Source: Ruditapes philippinarum
Lineage: Eukaryota
DNA length: 63,743 nt
Assembly (NCBI RefSeq): GCF_026571515.1
Contig: NW_026864188.1
Span: forward strand, 1-63,743
Direction of reading: 5' to 3'
Shown: positions 23,248-36,784 of the stretch, piece by piece
Numbering within the stretch: position 1 is the stretch's first letter
Layout: the number at the start of each line of letters is the position of its first letter
Position numbers and translations under genes: made by a program
The notes under the pieces: model-generated
What the model saw: only the letters and a program-made list of their open reading frames with translations
What the model was told of the DNA's origin: nothing
Database searches by the model: none

Positions 23248-24761
23248 ATTTAAATCATACTGTGACATGTTTGAAGCTGTCTTATTTTGAAGACTTATCG
23301 TGTTCATTAAAATACGCTATCGTATGACGGAATAAATCCTGATCAAATGTAAATGATAGTTGATATAAATGAAGACGAGCATTCAGGTCAAAGTAATTCA
23401 GCCATATTTCTATTGAATAAATATATATCATTTTTGTCATATATATTTTCCTATTTGTGTGTATCAAATTTTATATGTTTAGAAAATGCACAGATATTGA
23501 TGAATGCTTAGTATAAATGACTAATTCAGCAAGCTCGTTTACTAACACAAATTGTACCCTGTAGTTGTTTTCAATACTGACTGTTCTAAATCATTCTGAA
23601 ATGAAATATATGTATTTATGTATTGTATTTTTACATACATGTTATTGATTTATTTTTTTAAATTGTTAAAGCAACTGATTCAAAATTGCAGTTTTCACGC
23701 TCCTTAAAGCGTGAAAATGGCATTCGTGATTATTTCATGACAGAATATTTTGCCTCTATTACAGTACTCTAATATTCACGATAAATTTTCTCCAAGATGT
23801 TTACTATAGGCTGGTATAATCGAAGACGAAAATATATATTATTTTATTTTAAATAAAAGTTGTGACATTTTGTGACACATTTGTTAGTTCAATTTGAAAA
23901 ACTTTGTGTACTTATTTTCCGTAGTTTAAATGATAGCATAATTATATGATACAAAAGTGTATCACAACAAACAACTGCAAATCAGACTTAACTTTCAATT
24001 GATAAAAAGACTAGGCATTTCTTTTCTATTTTAGGCAGTTGTAATATATATTCATAGATTATATTTAGCTCAACATGACATCGCAAAATGAGCATAATTA
24101 TAACCTAAACATTATTACAAAGTTTATAAAATTTAAGTCAACAACTGTTTTATTTATTCTTTACATAATGAATTACAAAATGTTAATAAAGTAGCTGAAT
24201 TTAGAAACCTTATAAAATCGCCCAACAGGGAAAAAAAACTTACAACTGCCAGGACTTTGATAACAGACATGGCTTTATCGCATTTTTCTTTGCACATACT
24301 ACTTTGTTAACCAGAAAAGGACTTTATTCAAGCTTACATTAATACGATCTTGAAGTTTAGTATTATAAATTATAACGTAAACAATAACAAATAAGCGGTA
24401 GTTTAACGAGTATTTATTGTCATAATATTATACGCATGCGCGCCCGTGCGTGCATATGTGTATGTGTGTGTGTGTGTATTCCTTATGTTACTATTTTGTT
24501 TACAAGCACTTTTTTCTTAAACACAAATAGTGTTATATATACTTTATTTTTACATGGATTCGATCTTTAAAGAAATGTTTACTTGAATATTTTCCAATGA
24601 TGAATTTTACTATAGATACACGTTAGTAAAAGTTTTATTAAGCAATGTTAGATAATTAAACTTTTTGATACTTAAAACAATTAGTAAAATATCCTGTTCA
24701 TGTATGTTTACCATTTTAAATCATACAGTGTCATGTTTGAAGCTGTTTTATTTTTTTTTTT

Positions 24762-24795
<34 letters not shown>

Positions 24796-26975
24796 AAGAC
24801 TGGTCGTGTTCATTAAAATACGCTATCGTATGACGGAATAAGTCCTGATCAAATGTAAATGATAGTTGATATAAATGAAGACGAGCATTCAGGTCAAAGA
24901 AATTTAGCCATATTTATATTGAGTATATATATCATTTTGTTTTGTTTTTTTATGTTTTTTTCATACAGATTTCCTATTTTGTGTGTATTAAATTTTATAT
25001 GTTTAGAAAATGCACAGGCCTTTATGAATGCTTAGTATAATGTTTAGTTCATTGATTTATGTTTTTAAATTGTTAAAGCAACTAATTCAAAATTGGAGTC
25101 TCCTTAAAGGTGAAAATGGCATTCGGTATTATCTATTATTATATATATTATATCATATTATTATTATTTATTATTATATTTTACCTTTATTACAATACTC
25201 TAATATTCACGATAAATTTTCTCCCTAGTGTTTACTATAAGCTGGTATAATTGAAGACGATAATATAAATTGTTTCCAAAAGATTGTGGCATTTTGTGAC
25301 ACATTTGTTAGCTAAGTTTATATAACTTTGTGTACTTATTTTCCTAGTTCAAATGATGGATGAAATAACGTTCAATTGATAAAAAGAAAAGGCATTTCTT
25401 TTATATTTTAGGCAGTTGTTATATGTTATATATTATCTTATTATGTGATCTTAAATATAACTGCAATCACATTGGTCCAAACAGTTGTCCATATAACTTT
25501 TTTTATGAAATTATATTCACTTGGTGTTGTATCATATTCACTGGCTAAATTGGATTTTCCCATTCTAAAAATAGATTGAGACTCATATTAAATGACCATA
25601 TATCGTAGACTAAATTACGCTTGCTTATTAAAAAAAATACTTGTTACTTTTTGTTCTGTATGGCATCTTTCCCGATTAAATATTATAACTTTGCTGTTAT
25701 AATTGAAGGTTTTACCGCAATACTGAGTATAAACTTGAATTACTTGTGTGTGCGCATCGATCGAGTAGTTGTTGCACGAGTGACATGCGCATCTTTTTTT
25801 CCGCGCATCAACGAAACAGGCAAAAGTTGTAAATGTATAAGGTGACAGCGAAATACGAGTATAGTCGAAATACAAATACAAACCTTATTAAATGTTAGTC
25901 AACGAGTGTTGTGAAATATAATTATTCTTACCATAATAAATCATAATAAAATAGCTGAATTGAGAGTCTTTTTAAATCGCTCAGCAGGAGAGAATACTTA
26001 AACTGTCTGGGCTTGAATTACAGATATGGCCTTATCGCATTGTTCTGCACATGTTTTTCAACTGTGTTAACAAAAAGGGGGCTTTATTCAAGAAAGATAA
26101 CATTGATACGATCTTGACTTTTAGTATGGTAGATTATAACGTATACAATAGAAAATACGTCACAAAATCTCAGGTTTCACATAATTGTGGTATGTTTACA
26201 CCGAAAACGGGGACAAAGTTTTATTCAACATACGCGGTATCTTTTTTATTGTATTTAAAAGTCACATACTTACACCAAAACGAAATGAAATTAAATAAAA
26301 AGCTTTTTTTCGTTTTTCGTGAAATATGGTATATATTTTCACGAAACATGATAAAATACCACATATTTTCATGTTTCGTGAAAATATATTCCATATTTCA
26401 CTCAAGCGAAAAAATACCCTCTTAATATTCTGATAAACCACTAGCGAAATTCATTAAAGGTAATTTTCACTGTACATAGCCGGACTAGATAAAATCTGTA
26501 GACCTTGATGCGGATGAAAAGAATACCACAACTTAATGGAATAACAGGCAAAAATAAATGCCGTCATATGTAATTTTTGCCTCTTTAAGAAAAGCATGTC
26601 GATGTTAAAAACACTTAAAAAGCATGAAATAAAAAGAAAATATATTTGTTTTACATATAAGATTGAAATATATCTCATTCATGAACACCAGCTATTCTAT
26701 TTTCACTCGTGGCTACACTACTTGTGAAAATATTGCATCTGGTGCTCATTATTTTTGTCTTAATATCATATGCCTGTGCGCACGTGCGTGCGTGTATGTG
26801 TGTATGAATTATATTCCTTATGTTACTAATTTTGTTATGAACACATTTCTGTGAAACACGAATATTGTTATATATACTTTTTATATAGATTCGGTGTTTG
26901 TGTGAAGATATATTTTCTTGAATATTTTCCGATGAAAAATTTACTATTTATAAAGTAAAAGATTATTAGACCATT
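23248..26975 (+). repeat. Diverged tandem duplication: about 23248-24650 copied at about 24715-26975
   Basis: Collinear shared blocks, e.g. TCGTGTTCATTAAAATACGCTATCGTATGACGGAATAA (about 23298 and 24804), TTCAATTGATAAAAAGA (about 23994 and 25371), ATACGATCTTGA (about 24341 and 26106). The second copy carries extra insertions. Confidence 0.85.
26319..26401. repeat. Near-perfect hairpin, probably a MITE remnant
   Basis: GTGAAATATGGTATATATTTTCACGAAACATGA ... TCATGTTTCGTGAAAATATATTCCATATTTCAC. Confidence 0.7.
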
Positions 26976-27669
26976 TCATCAAACATTTATTTTATTTTTG
27001 TATATCTACCAATAAAATTTCCATATTATGCATTAAGGTTTCAAGGTAGCAAATGGATACAGAAGATTGTTTACATAATAAGAAGCATTCCATTTTTGGT
27101 GTTTTAATTTGATAAGTAAATTTGTGATAAAAAGCTTTTCAATATTGGAATTTTATTTTTGTCGTTTTGATATTATTATGATAAAAGTATCAGTCTCAAA
27201 AAAAAAGAAAATTTACCTAGCAATAATACTTTTTTATTGATACAATAACGAAGCCTGACAATATGACAGAATCAATTTGTGTTGGGGATAACAAAAAGTG
27301 TATCAATCCATCTTTAAAAAAAAGAAATATATGTATCTTTGAGTATTTTTAAATTAGAAAAATGAGTTTTAGCTTTGAAAGATAATCAGTGTAAAGGCTA
27401 TTAATATCGATAAAAATAATAATATATAAAATAATAATTGTTTATTATATACTTATAAATGAAATATTGAGAAATATTGTTTAAATAAAATGCATATTTT
27501 CATTTTCCGTATTTTCACTGTAAAAATTTATTTTTCACTGCAGTGAAACATATTTTCCGTATTTTCACTGGTGTCTTGCCGGACTACTTTCTTTTAAATT
27601 CTGCCAGTACACAAAATTTAAGAGAAAGTCTTTCAAATTTTAATGTCAAAAAAGAGAAAAATGTATATA

Positions 27670-27840
27670 ATAAACAGAAAATTCAAGTTTTTTCTATAAA
27701 TACATGATTTATTTTCATCTTGTGGCATGAAAATACCATATTTTACTCGTGGCTACCGCCACTCATGAAATATTTATTTTCATACCACTCGATGAAAATA
27801 AATCATGTATTTATAGAAAAAACTTGAATATCCTCTATAT
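27670..27840. mobile_element. Short MITE with a 39-bp perfect inverted repeat
   Basis: 27681-27719 is the exact reverse complement of 27791-27829. The internal ACTCGTGGCTAC motif is shared with about 26706. Confidence 0.75.
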
Positions 27841-28984
27841 ATTCTAATGTTGATAGAACTTTATCATGTGAGTAAATATAATCATAACAACATATTTAAC
27901 GTATTGAGTATCGTTTTTTATTTAAACTATTTACTGTTTGATGTCGTCGATACAACATGATAATTGTAAATATTGTTCTCTTATGATAAAACGCATGTAA
28001 AAAGGCGTTTTATACAATGTTAAGTGTTTGAAATTATTTTTGTCCAATAGGATTGCAGTTATTCAAATGAATTGTAACACATTCACTTTGGTAAATCGGC
28101 AAACTGTTTATCAGTTTAGTAAATCGATTATTTAAAAAAAAAAAATTTAAAACACTAAGCTGTTTAAAGTTTATTAGTACGTATTTACAAAATTAAGTTT
28201 GTCGTACGGCTTTGACACAACTTTCCACTCTATATATACCCTTGGATGGGCATAATGTTATATTAAAGAGTTTTATAAATGGAATAAGACTTATCGTTAT
28301 TGTTGTTACAATAATACTGTCTAATATTTTGTTTGTTATTTCTTATTTATATATGCGTCATTAAAATCATCTGTTGGACTCCTTTGAGGTTTTTTATTCA
28401 CATTATTTCTTATTTTAATTTTTTAACATATTTGGATTGAATTATTTTTTAGATTTTTGAGTCATTTTATGCAAAATTACAGATATTTATTTTCATTCCA
28501 GTCCATGGTCATAACAAAATATGTTTAAAGCTTTAAATAGAAACCGTGCCAGAATTTACCAAAATAATTGATTTTCAATTAAATTCGGAGATTATGTTTC
28601 AATTTTCTTTAGAATATTTTACTGTTTGTACCCGAGTTGCCAGATGGAAGAATTTGAAACTTTATGTTTTAGGCTTAAGGTCCTCAGTGGAGTTCCTTTA
28701 ATTTTGAATTGTTATGAATACATGTATTTAGAAAGATATGTGTATTACGTATATTAACTTTGGGTACTTATCCTTTGTTTTTTTGTTGTTTTTTTTGTTT
28801 TTTTTTTTGTTTTGTTTTTTTGTTTTTTTTATCAAATATGGATTTGATTTTGGGTGTTTAATCAAAAACATGCGAGATGTTGATTGTATATCAAAAATAA
28901 ATGTTTGTATTCCGTTTTGATTGTCATTTCTGTGTTTCATGTGGCCATAATGCGTGTACTTTGAAAGCCGCCCATTCATTATGT

Positions 28985-29254
28985 TGTGTTTCTACGTAAG
29001 TACCCGCTGTACCCTGAAACAATGCACACAGAGTGGCATCTGAGGTAAAGCTGAAAAGTCTCCATATGACATTTTTAGTGTTGGTGCAACGTAAAACACA
29101 TTTAAACACGTATCCTTCCGTGAAATGTAGGTTTGTTTGGGATTTACATCACACCTTAAATGAAAGAATCCAAAGTCCTTGCCGGGATTCGAACCCACAG
29201 CGGTGAGGGGTGGTCTGAAGTCAACGACGTTAACCACTCGGCCAAGGAAAACCC
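28985..29254. mobile_element. Two SINE fragments of the 17630-17887 family in opposite orientations
   Basis: Degraded 3' half on + (about 28985-29105). tRNA-like 5' head on - (about 29158-29254) with A and B boxes. Confidence 0.7.
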
Positions 29255-29921
29255 ATGCAATGTAGGAACATTAATCTATTTACCTCCCAAAGCCTACACT
29301 TACTAAGAACTAAGACAGCACCATATAACTTAATTTAATTTTTTAAGTTGTAAAGTAAGTTATCAAAAATGCGAGAAAAGTTCTACATGGAGCAAATAGT
29401 TTGTGATAAACGAACTTGCAAATTACACCTGAGTGCACGGCGTTTATTTTTTTGCGTGTGTCATTTATATAATTGTAAGGTGTTTACTTGCATGCCCAAT
29501 AATAATGCAAGACACAAGAAACCATATGGAAACAAAACTATAACTGCATTCAATGGATATCGCCTTTCCTTTTAATCTTTGTCCGCATATTCTTCACATA
29601 TTGTGTATTAATTTTTAGTCACTTTTATTCGATGATGGCATACCTTTATAAGCATTACTAAACTGGTGGTGAAAGACACACACGTGAGTCTTCTTCAATG
29701 AATTCCAACATGAGTAGCACCCGACATCATTCACCGATCTAAACCTGAATATGTAGCATCCAAATAGAACCACAACCCTTCCTAATGGTAGATGATATCG
29801 TGAAAACCCTAAACGTCATTGGCGAGATTCGAACAAATAAAGCAATCTGATCGAAAGTCAAGTCATCTACCGTAACCGCTTGATAAAATATACCTTTGAA
29901 ATGAAAATGCAAGACATAATA

Positions 29922-30144
29922 CAGTCCAATCCCGGTTATTCGAATACCCGGCATTATCCGAAGTAGATCGGCGGTCCCGTTTCCATCTCTATATAGATAA
30001 ATATAAATATGAAAGTATTATTCGAAGTGCATAATTCGCAGTAAAGTTTCGGTCCTGATTATACAATTATGAAAGAATTCAACACCTATTATTCGATATA
30101 AATTTTCAGTCCCCGGCAATTCGAATTACCGAGGTTGAACTTTG
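29922..30144. mobile_element. Internally deleted Tc1/mariner-type MITE, related to 57289-58138
   Basis: Starts TA|CAGTCC and shares TTATTCGAATACCCGGCATTAT.CGAAGTAGATCGGCGGTCCCG with the longer copy. Confidence 0.75.
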
Positions 30145-32876
30145 TATTAAATAGATACACTAACTACCGTTTTGTAATAACAACAAATACCGGTATCAAG
30201 ATAGATATGCAACAAACGAATCTATCATTTGTTTTTTACCGGATTATCAAAATCAAAGGGGGAAAGAAGCAATGTCCTTAACAGGATTCGGTAACCTACT
30301 GTGAAAAATAAATTGCATACGTGCAAAGGCAATTCAAAAATGACACAACAAATGACATGATATCTTTTATCATTTTGGAGGAGTTCAATGTTCATGAAGC
30401 GATCTAATTTTTGGCTTGATAACAAGCAATGTTCTAGTTCGTATTAATGCAATTTTATCTAACCCGATTCTTATCAAACTCTAACTGTGGACCAATGTCT
30501 TTTTCCGTGCATAGCTCTGAATCTGATCATGCCAGTGTTACAAAATGTGTAGGTAAATCTGAACGAATAATCTTGTAATAAGGGAAACGTGTTGCTTGGG
30601 TATGGGAAGAGCCACCACTATGCTAATATCATTCAAATTCATAAGACGTCCACGTACTGCCTGACCACAAATATAGCGGCACAAATTTCATTTCTCTATT
30701 ACTCAAAATGAAATTACTGACATACATGTCAAATGAGATGTGAGAAACAGAGCTTCCGTCCGATATGGTGCTCTATACTTTGAAAACCAGTTATGTCCCC
30801 TGTAATGAATTGTTTATTGAATCCACTGCAACAGGTATTTAAATTCATAAAAGTAATCATCGATCATCTCATGGATTGCAAAGGTCTTGAATAAAATTAC
30901 GAATCTGGTGTAAGTCGCCCATATGGTTTACGAAAAGCATACCACATACAAGCCATTGCGACGGATTTGTACATGGTAAATTGGTGTCGATCTTTTTAAT
31001 TTATTGCATAATCCCGGTAAGGTGATAACATTCATTTTGTAAATCGATGATTTCATAGAGTCAATGCCAAGTATTTTGTCAAATCGATATTTTCGATAAA
31101 TAAAAAGCCAAACCTATTTAGGTTATTGCTATTGCATGGCTATGGAAATGGGAACAATAAAAAGACAAAATTATTGCTTTATGAAAATCACAGAATTGAT
31201 CTTTACATGTTTCAAAACTAAGAATCATTGCAACGGTTAAACGGTTAAACCTAAAATACTCACCAAGGCATATGCACTACAATAGTTCAACGACCAAAAC
31301 GGAAAACTGATATAGAAGTTCACTTGACACTCGGTCAATGGGAGGTAACTACAATCAAAATATTTAGACTTGAGTTGATGGCATTCTTTGTAATCACATA
31401 TTTAAATGTGAGAAAACATATACGCAAATTATAAATGTCTTCCAAGTGTAACATTTAAAGACTTTACCAACGATTAGGTACACATGAACTGTTGTTTTTG
31501 GGGGATTTTTTGTTTGTTTGTTTTTTGGGGTTTTTTCTTCTTTCTTTTTCAAGTGAAATGATTTTAAATGAAAAACGATCAGTGCACAAAACACACAGGT
31601 ATCCTCAGAACAATCTATTTGTTAACATTAACTTAACATCTGCCAATCCAAAACTTATGTTGTCTATAGCTATATCTAAAAGATGATATCTCAAGAGCAA
31701 GAACAACCAAAGAAAAAAAGGTAAAACTGTAAACACGGTTTCATTTACGTTGTTTATTGGAGACAATGAAAGGTGCAATATCTGTCATGTACCCTACCAT
31801 CGCAAAACGACACTAAAAATAATGAAATAATGCTATAATCCCAAAGAAATCAGAAAAATATAACCACACTGAAATTTGAAAAAATCCCAGTGAAATAAGT
31901 GAACCTTTACATAATTTTATTTTCAAGGACATATCTTTCGTTAACATTATGAATCATTCCCATTAAATGCAGAGTTATTTTAGGTTCTATGTATTGATCG
32001 ATTTACCAGCATTGCATGTGATCCGTCACATGTCAAGTTTTATAACAGGAGGTCATCGAGAACAATTGAAAGAAAGATAAATAAATATATAAATTCATGG
32101 GCAGCATACAATGCATTACAACGGAGCAAAACGTACACAAGAAATGTAGCTATTGGTGACAATGGTCAAAGGGAGGTAATTGCAATAGATATATATTTCA
32201 GCTATATGCAAAATGTATATATATAATACAATATAAAAATGATGCATAGTCATTTATATTGAAAGAATGTATGATTGCACAATAATACAAACTAAAGAAG
32301 AACTAAACAGTAATTGTATTTGATTTGTACAAAAAAGGGCATCATCATACAATAAACACATACATGCATTCATATTACATAATTTATAAATTTGAAGAAT
32401 ATTTGTGTTTGAAGTTTAATATTTTTGTATCAAATAAGATTAAACTATATAGAAATAGGATCAGTGTAAAACAGAATACTTAGGATGGACAATGTTCGTG
32501 AATATTTGGTTACTTATTAGTGAAAATCTTAAACATATAGCGGCTTTAATATATTTTGCTAGAATTGTTATTACCATATAATTTGTATTTGTTAGGTGCC
32601 GAATTTCGGCCCAAAGTTGGTCTAAAATTAGACTGCAAACTTTTTGCAGACCACAATAAAATTGAATGATATTCTGTCATAAACGGGCACATGATAAAAT
32701 CTGAGTCCAGGGCATCATTTTTTGACGCGTGCGACTGGTTAAGGAAATGGCAAGTAATTTAGAATAATAAAAAGAATGCACATTAGGCAAGATTTTAATA
32801 TACCCTGTATTTTTTACTCAAGCGATAAACTCTGTAAAATACAACTGGTAAATGAAGAAAAAAACCTGGGCGTGAT

Positions 32877-32935
32877 CTACCTACCTACCTACCTACCAAC
32901 CTACCTTATACCTACCTATTTATCTATCTATCTAG
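32877..32935. repeat. (CTAC)n/(CTAT)n microsatellite
   Basis: Direct inspection. Confidence 0.9.
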
Positions 32936-33431
32936 GTGCTGATCTATTTGTCTTTGCAATACACTCCTCCACTCTAGGGAATAAAGCAAGGCCGATGGCC
33001 GAGACACTTAAAGATCCTATAACTACATTTTTATGATGTTTTATCATTTATATAATGCTCAAATGAGGATTTATCAATATTGTAAGTTCCAAAAAGCATC
33101 ATTTGTAAAAAAAGATATTCTCGAATTAACATTTTCATGGTAATAAAGGGAGGTTATTAGAATTTTATTTTGTTCTAGAAGCATAATTATATGCATATAT
33201 ATACTTTCACTCAAATGTAGTAACAATTTAGCCTTAATTACTACATACAGCTAGGATCTTTAATTGATGTGCAAGCTAGCGGGCAGCACGACACTGCATG
33301 CACGGGCTCAATCTGCTAAATGATAGCTCCTTTGTATGCTGACCAGACACTGGGTATCTTGTATGCTGTACCTTTAAGTGGTACAGAGTGGACCTTGGTG
33401 TTTCGTCGCAGAAACGCTAGTGTTTGGTGTG

Positions 33432-34114
33432 CTTTTAAGCTCACGTGAGCATGCTCAGGGTGAGTTTTTTAGGATCGTTGAATGTCCGTTGTCCGTCCAC
33501 ATAATTTTTTCGTTAGTTACACTCTAGCGGTCCGATTTTTGCCTCAATCATCATCAAACTTTGTCAGGATGCTTGTCCAGGTAATTGTTCCGATGAGTTC
33601 GATCATGGGTTATCTCGGATGAAAAAACTAGGTCACAGGAACTAAAAATAGAAAAATCTTCTTAACACTCTAGTGTCTACTGTTTTGATCTAAATATCCT
33701 GGAAATTGGTCTTAAAGTTTGTTTTAATAACTCCAAGGTCAAGTTTGAATATGGGTCACCTGGGGTGAAAAACTAGGTGACACCGCCCAAATAAGGTAAT
33801 ACCTTAATAATACTCTAGTGGTCACATTTTTGACTCCATTGTTATCAAACTTGGTCAGAATGCTTGTCTAGGTAATTGCACGGTTCGAAAAGTTCGAACA
33901 TGGGTCAACTGGTCAGATGAAAAACTGGGTCACAGGAGCTAAAAATAGAAAAATCTTCTTAACACTCTAGTGGCTACAGTTTTGATCCAAATATCCTTGA
34001 AATTGGTCTGAAAGTTAGTTTTAATTACTTCTAGGTCAAGTTTGAATATGGGTCACCTGGGGTGAAAAAATAGGTGACACCGTCCAATTATGGAAAAACC
34101 TTGTTAACACTCTA
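33432..34114 (+). mobile_element. 3'-truncated Helentron/HINE-like element with about 147-bp internal repeats
   Basis: 5' end TTTTAAGCTCACGTGAGC..GGTGAG, a GTCC microsatellite, then ACTCTA-anchored units at about 33519, 33665, 33811, 33962 and 34107. Confidence 0.75.
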
Positions 34115-34379
34115 CGCTGTTTCTCAATAATGATATTCAATGGGGTATGCATACCGCATTTCTAGTCTGATATTGTGACCAAGGTATTTGCTGGTGGGAC
34201 TGATTCTAGGATGGTATTGTTCAAAGTATATTGTGTTGGTATTTGTGTCTTCTGTTATGTGATCTGAATGACTTCACGTTTTGAAGGAATTATTAGATGT
34301 ACATTCACTTAGCTTTTATTGTAATTTAGCCTACAATACTACTGGCTGAAGAGGGCTTACATCTAACTCCTCACAGTCA

Positions 34380-34443
34380 TTTGATTGGCTTACGCTCAGA
34401 TCAATGTAGCGAAGCGAAGGGAGACAACTGCGTCGGTTTCAAG
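34380..34443 (+). promoter_or_regulatory. Candidate original HMGCL core promoter, separated from the ATG by a LINE
   Basis: Inverted CCAAT box (ATTGG, 34384-34388) and local CpG enrichment. It would lie about 80 bp upstream of the ATG if the LINE were removed. Confidence 0.4.
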
Positions 34444-36644
34444 GTTTCAAGGTTTATTTGAATACGTCAGGGCCCATATGGGCATGTGACAACATAAAAC
34501 AGTACATACATACAAAATAATACAAAATGGCAAATGATATGTAAAAACAAAATACTACAAAATGGCAAATTATAAATGGTCATACAACTCCATGATTAAA
34601 TAAAATTACAGTAATAATTGAACGGAGTTGACTGGTAATGAAGGATGAGAGAGAAAAATTAAAAATCATTGCGAGAAAAAACAAAGAGAAAAGACATAAG
34701 TCTACCAAGCTAACATTGTTTAAATTATAACATAATATTTTTGCAAAATATGGCAAGTTTCAAAAGGATATCCTTATTACTATGGTTCATTAATTTTTCA
34801 AATTTTAAAGCACTTGCATGGACGTTCATAGAAATATTTATCAAGATACAGCTTTCTTGTATTAACTAAATGTGAACATTCAAAAAGATAATGGAATTCG
34901 TCGCCTAAAGAGTTACTGGTACATAGGTTACAAGTTCTAAGTTCTCTTGGAATATCATCAAACCTTCCTTTTTCAATAGGAAGTTTGTGATTCGTACTTC
35001 TAAATTTAAAGAGAATTAAAGCTAAATTCATAGGTAACTTAATTGCTGAGGTATGGCTCAAAACAAAAATCCTGTTTTTAAATCCTGTAATTTAGACATT
35101 TACTGGAATTATTAATTGTACTTCTCCAATTTTGCATAAAATGATTACGCAGTCTTAAGTTGACAGTATTCTTGAATGAAGCAGGAGATTCCACGTTTTG
35201 ATTTATCCAAAAATGCGACAATCCAAGATCATTTGAATTATTTCGAACAAAACAGACCCACTCTGATTTAATATTATTCAGAGTATATAAATTATGAGTT
35301 GTTCTATATATAGAATGCTGATTATCTTATCATGTTTAGAATTAACTATTTTACCCCAGTAATTGAGAATCTACTTTTAATTTGTGTTGATAGTGGGGTA
35401 ATACCCAACTCCCCATAAATCATAACATTTGGAGTACTCTGTTTCAACTGTAGAATTATCTTTAGGTATTTTAATTGAAATTTATCCACAACACTCACAT
35501 CTTCAACACCCCAAACTTCACACCCATACAACAAAATTGGTGCTATCATTGTATCAAGCAAGTACGTGTATTATGGACTAACCAGTTCTCAAACCTCTAA
35601 GCATTCAAGAGGTCTGTTAGTATAAATAGGAATATATCTTTATAAAAATTATTTACATATGTACACTTTAATCTTTATGTAACATTTCTGTAAAATTTGA
35701 CTGAAATTCAACAATTAAAAAGGCTCTATTTCCATCTTGGAAAAGCATAACCCTCTCTTTTAAAACTGACATGGCCTCTTAAAATAAAGAACCTAATCTC
35801 AAACCCCTTCAAGTATCTCTAAAATTCTACTGTTGAGTTTAGCCAATGAAGTGATTGTTATATGACTATCACATGACAATGAAGTTCCCTACAGGATGCA
35901 GGTACCTGCTTTAAGATATTTTTGTCTCTAATATTCAATTTCACAAATAGTTAATGGTGTAATAATGGGACTTACAAAGGTAATAGCAATGTGTATGAAA
36001 TTACGCTAAGAAATAAAATATGTTATGTAAATATTTGTTCCTATGCACTGTTTTCATTTGACATCAGCAGAAATGTCTATCAGAAACTAAGCTTTTATGC
36101 ACACAAGTTCAGGACATCATAGTCACTTATATTAGAAAAATAACAGCACATGAATGAAAGGTTTGAGAATAGGTTGGGTGTGAGATTAGGTACTTATACG
36201 ATAATTGCATATCTATTGGTAAATTAAGTATCCTAGATTTCCTAGCTAATGTAACAGAAATTAAACATGGCTTTACGGGCTTGATCAATAACGAATGTTT
36301 TAGTTCTGCTGAATTTACCATTAAATGAAAATTGGACACCCAAATATGAGAAATGCTCAGCAATTTCAAGGACAGTCCCTTCATAGTGAAAGTTAGGTAT
36401 ATTACGCAAACCTCTTTTGGTTTTCCAAAATATAATAACTTTGGTTTTATTTGTATTTACTTCAAGATTCCAAAGCTTGCAGTAGTCAGACATAGCGTTT
36501 AATGCTAGCTGAAGCTGCTGAGCGCTCTCTGACAATATTACAGTGTCATCTGCGTATAATAGTAAATACAGTTTAAGATAAACTTCCATTTCATCATCAC
36601 TTAACATATCATTTATATGTGAGTTTGGGTGTTCCAGGTTCAAA
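34444..36644 (-). mobile_element. 5'-truncated degenerate LINE (CR1/L2 group) with an internal insertion of about 635 bp (about 35562-36197)
   Basis: LLLYADDTVIL, VNTNKTKVIIF, FSYLGV, PILLYGCEVWG, FRSTNHKLPIEKGR, CNLC...GDEFHYLFEC. Ends in AATAAA plus an (AAACCTTG)n tail at about 34436-34460. Confidence 0.88.
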
Positions 36645-36673
36645 TCAAGTTGTGGTGTTCAACCTGTAATAAA

Positions 36674-36784
36674 ATGGCGACTTCCTTTGCAAAATCCATA
36701 GCGATTCGGTTCCAAACCGTTAAGCGAGCTAGAAAAACGGTTAAACTCGTTGAGACAGTTACAAGAGGCTATGCACAAGTATCA
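36674..36784 (+). CDS. HMGCL: HMGCL exon 1 (mitochondrial presequence-like)
   Basis: [37 protein letters not shown] is basic and acid-poor. GTAAGT donor, phase 0, matches exon 2. Confidence 0.75.

Noticed and set aside
8759-27840. VLIG pair as cargo of one large transposon
   Set aside because: No matching termini, TSD or transposase/RepHel gene brackets both ORFs. The flanking elements are self-contained.
32430-32760. Possible degraded LINE 3' end or exon on the - strand
   Set aside because: Only vague similarity, with no splice acceptor or clear motif.
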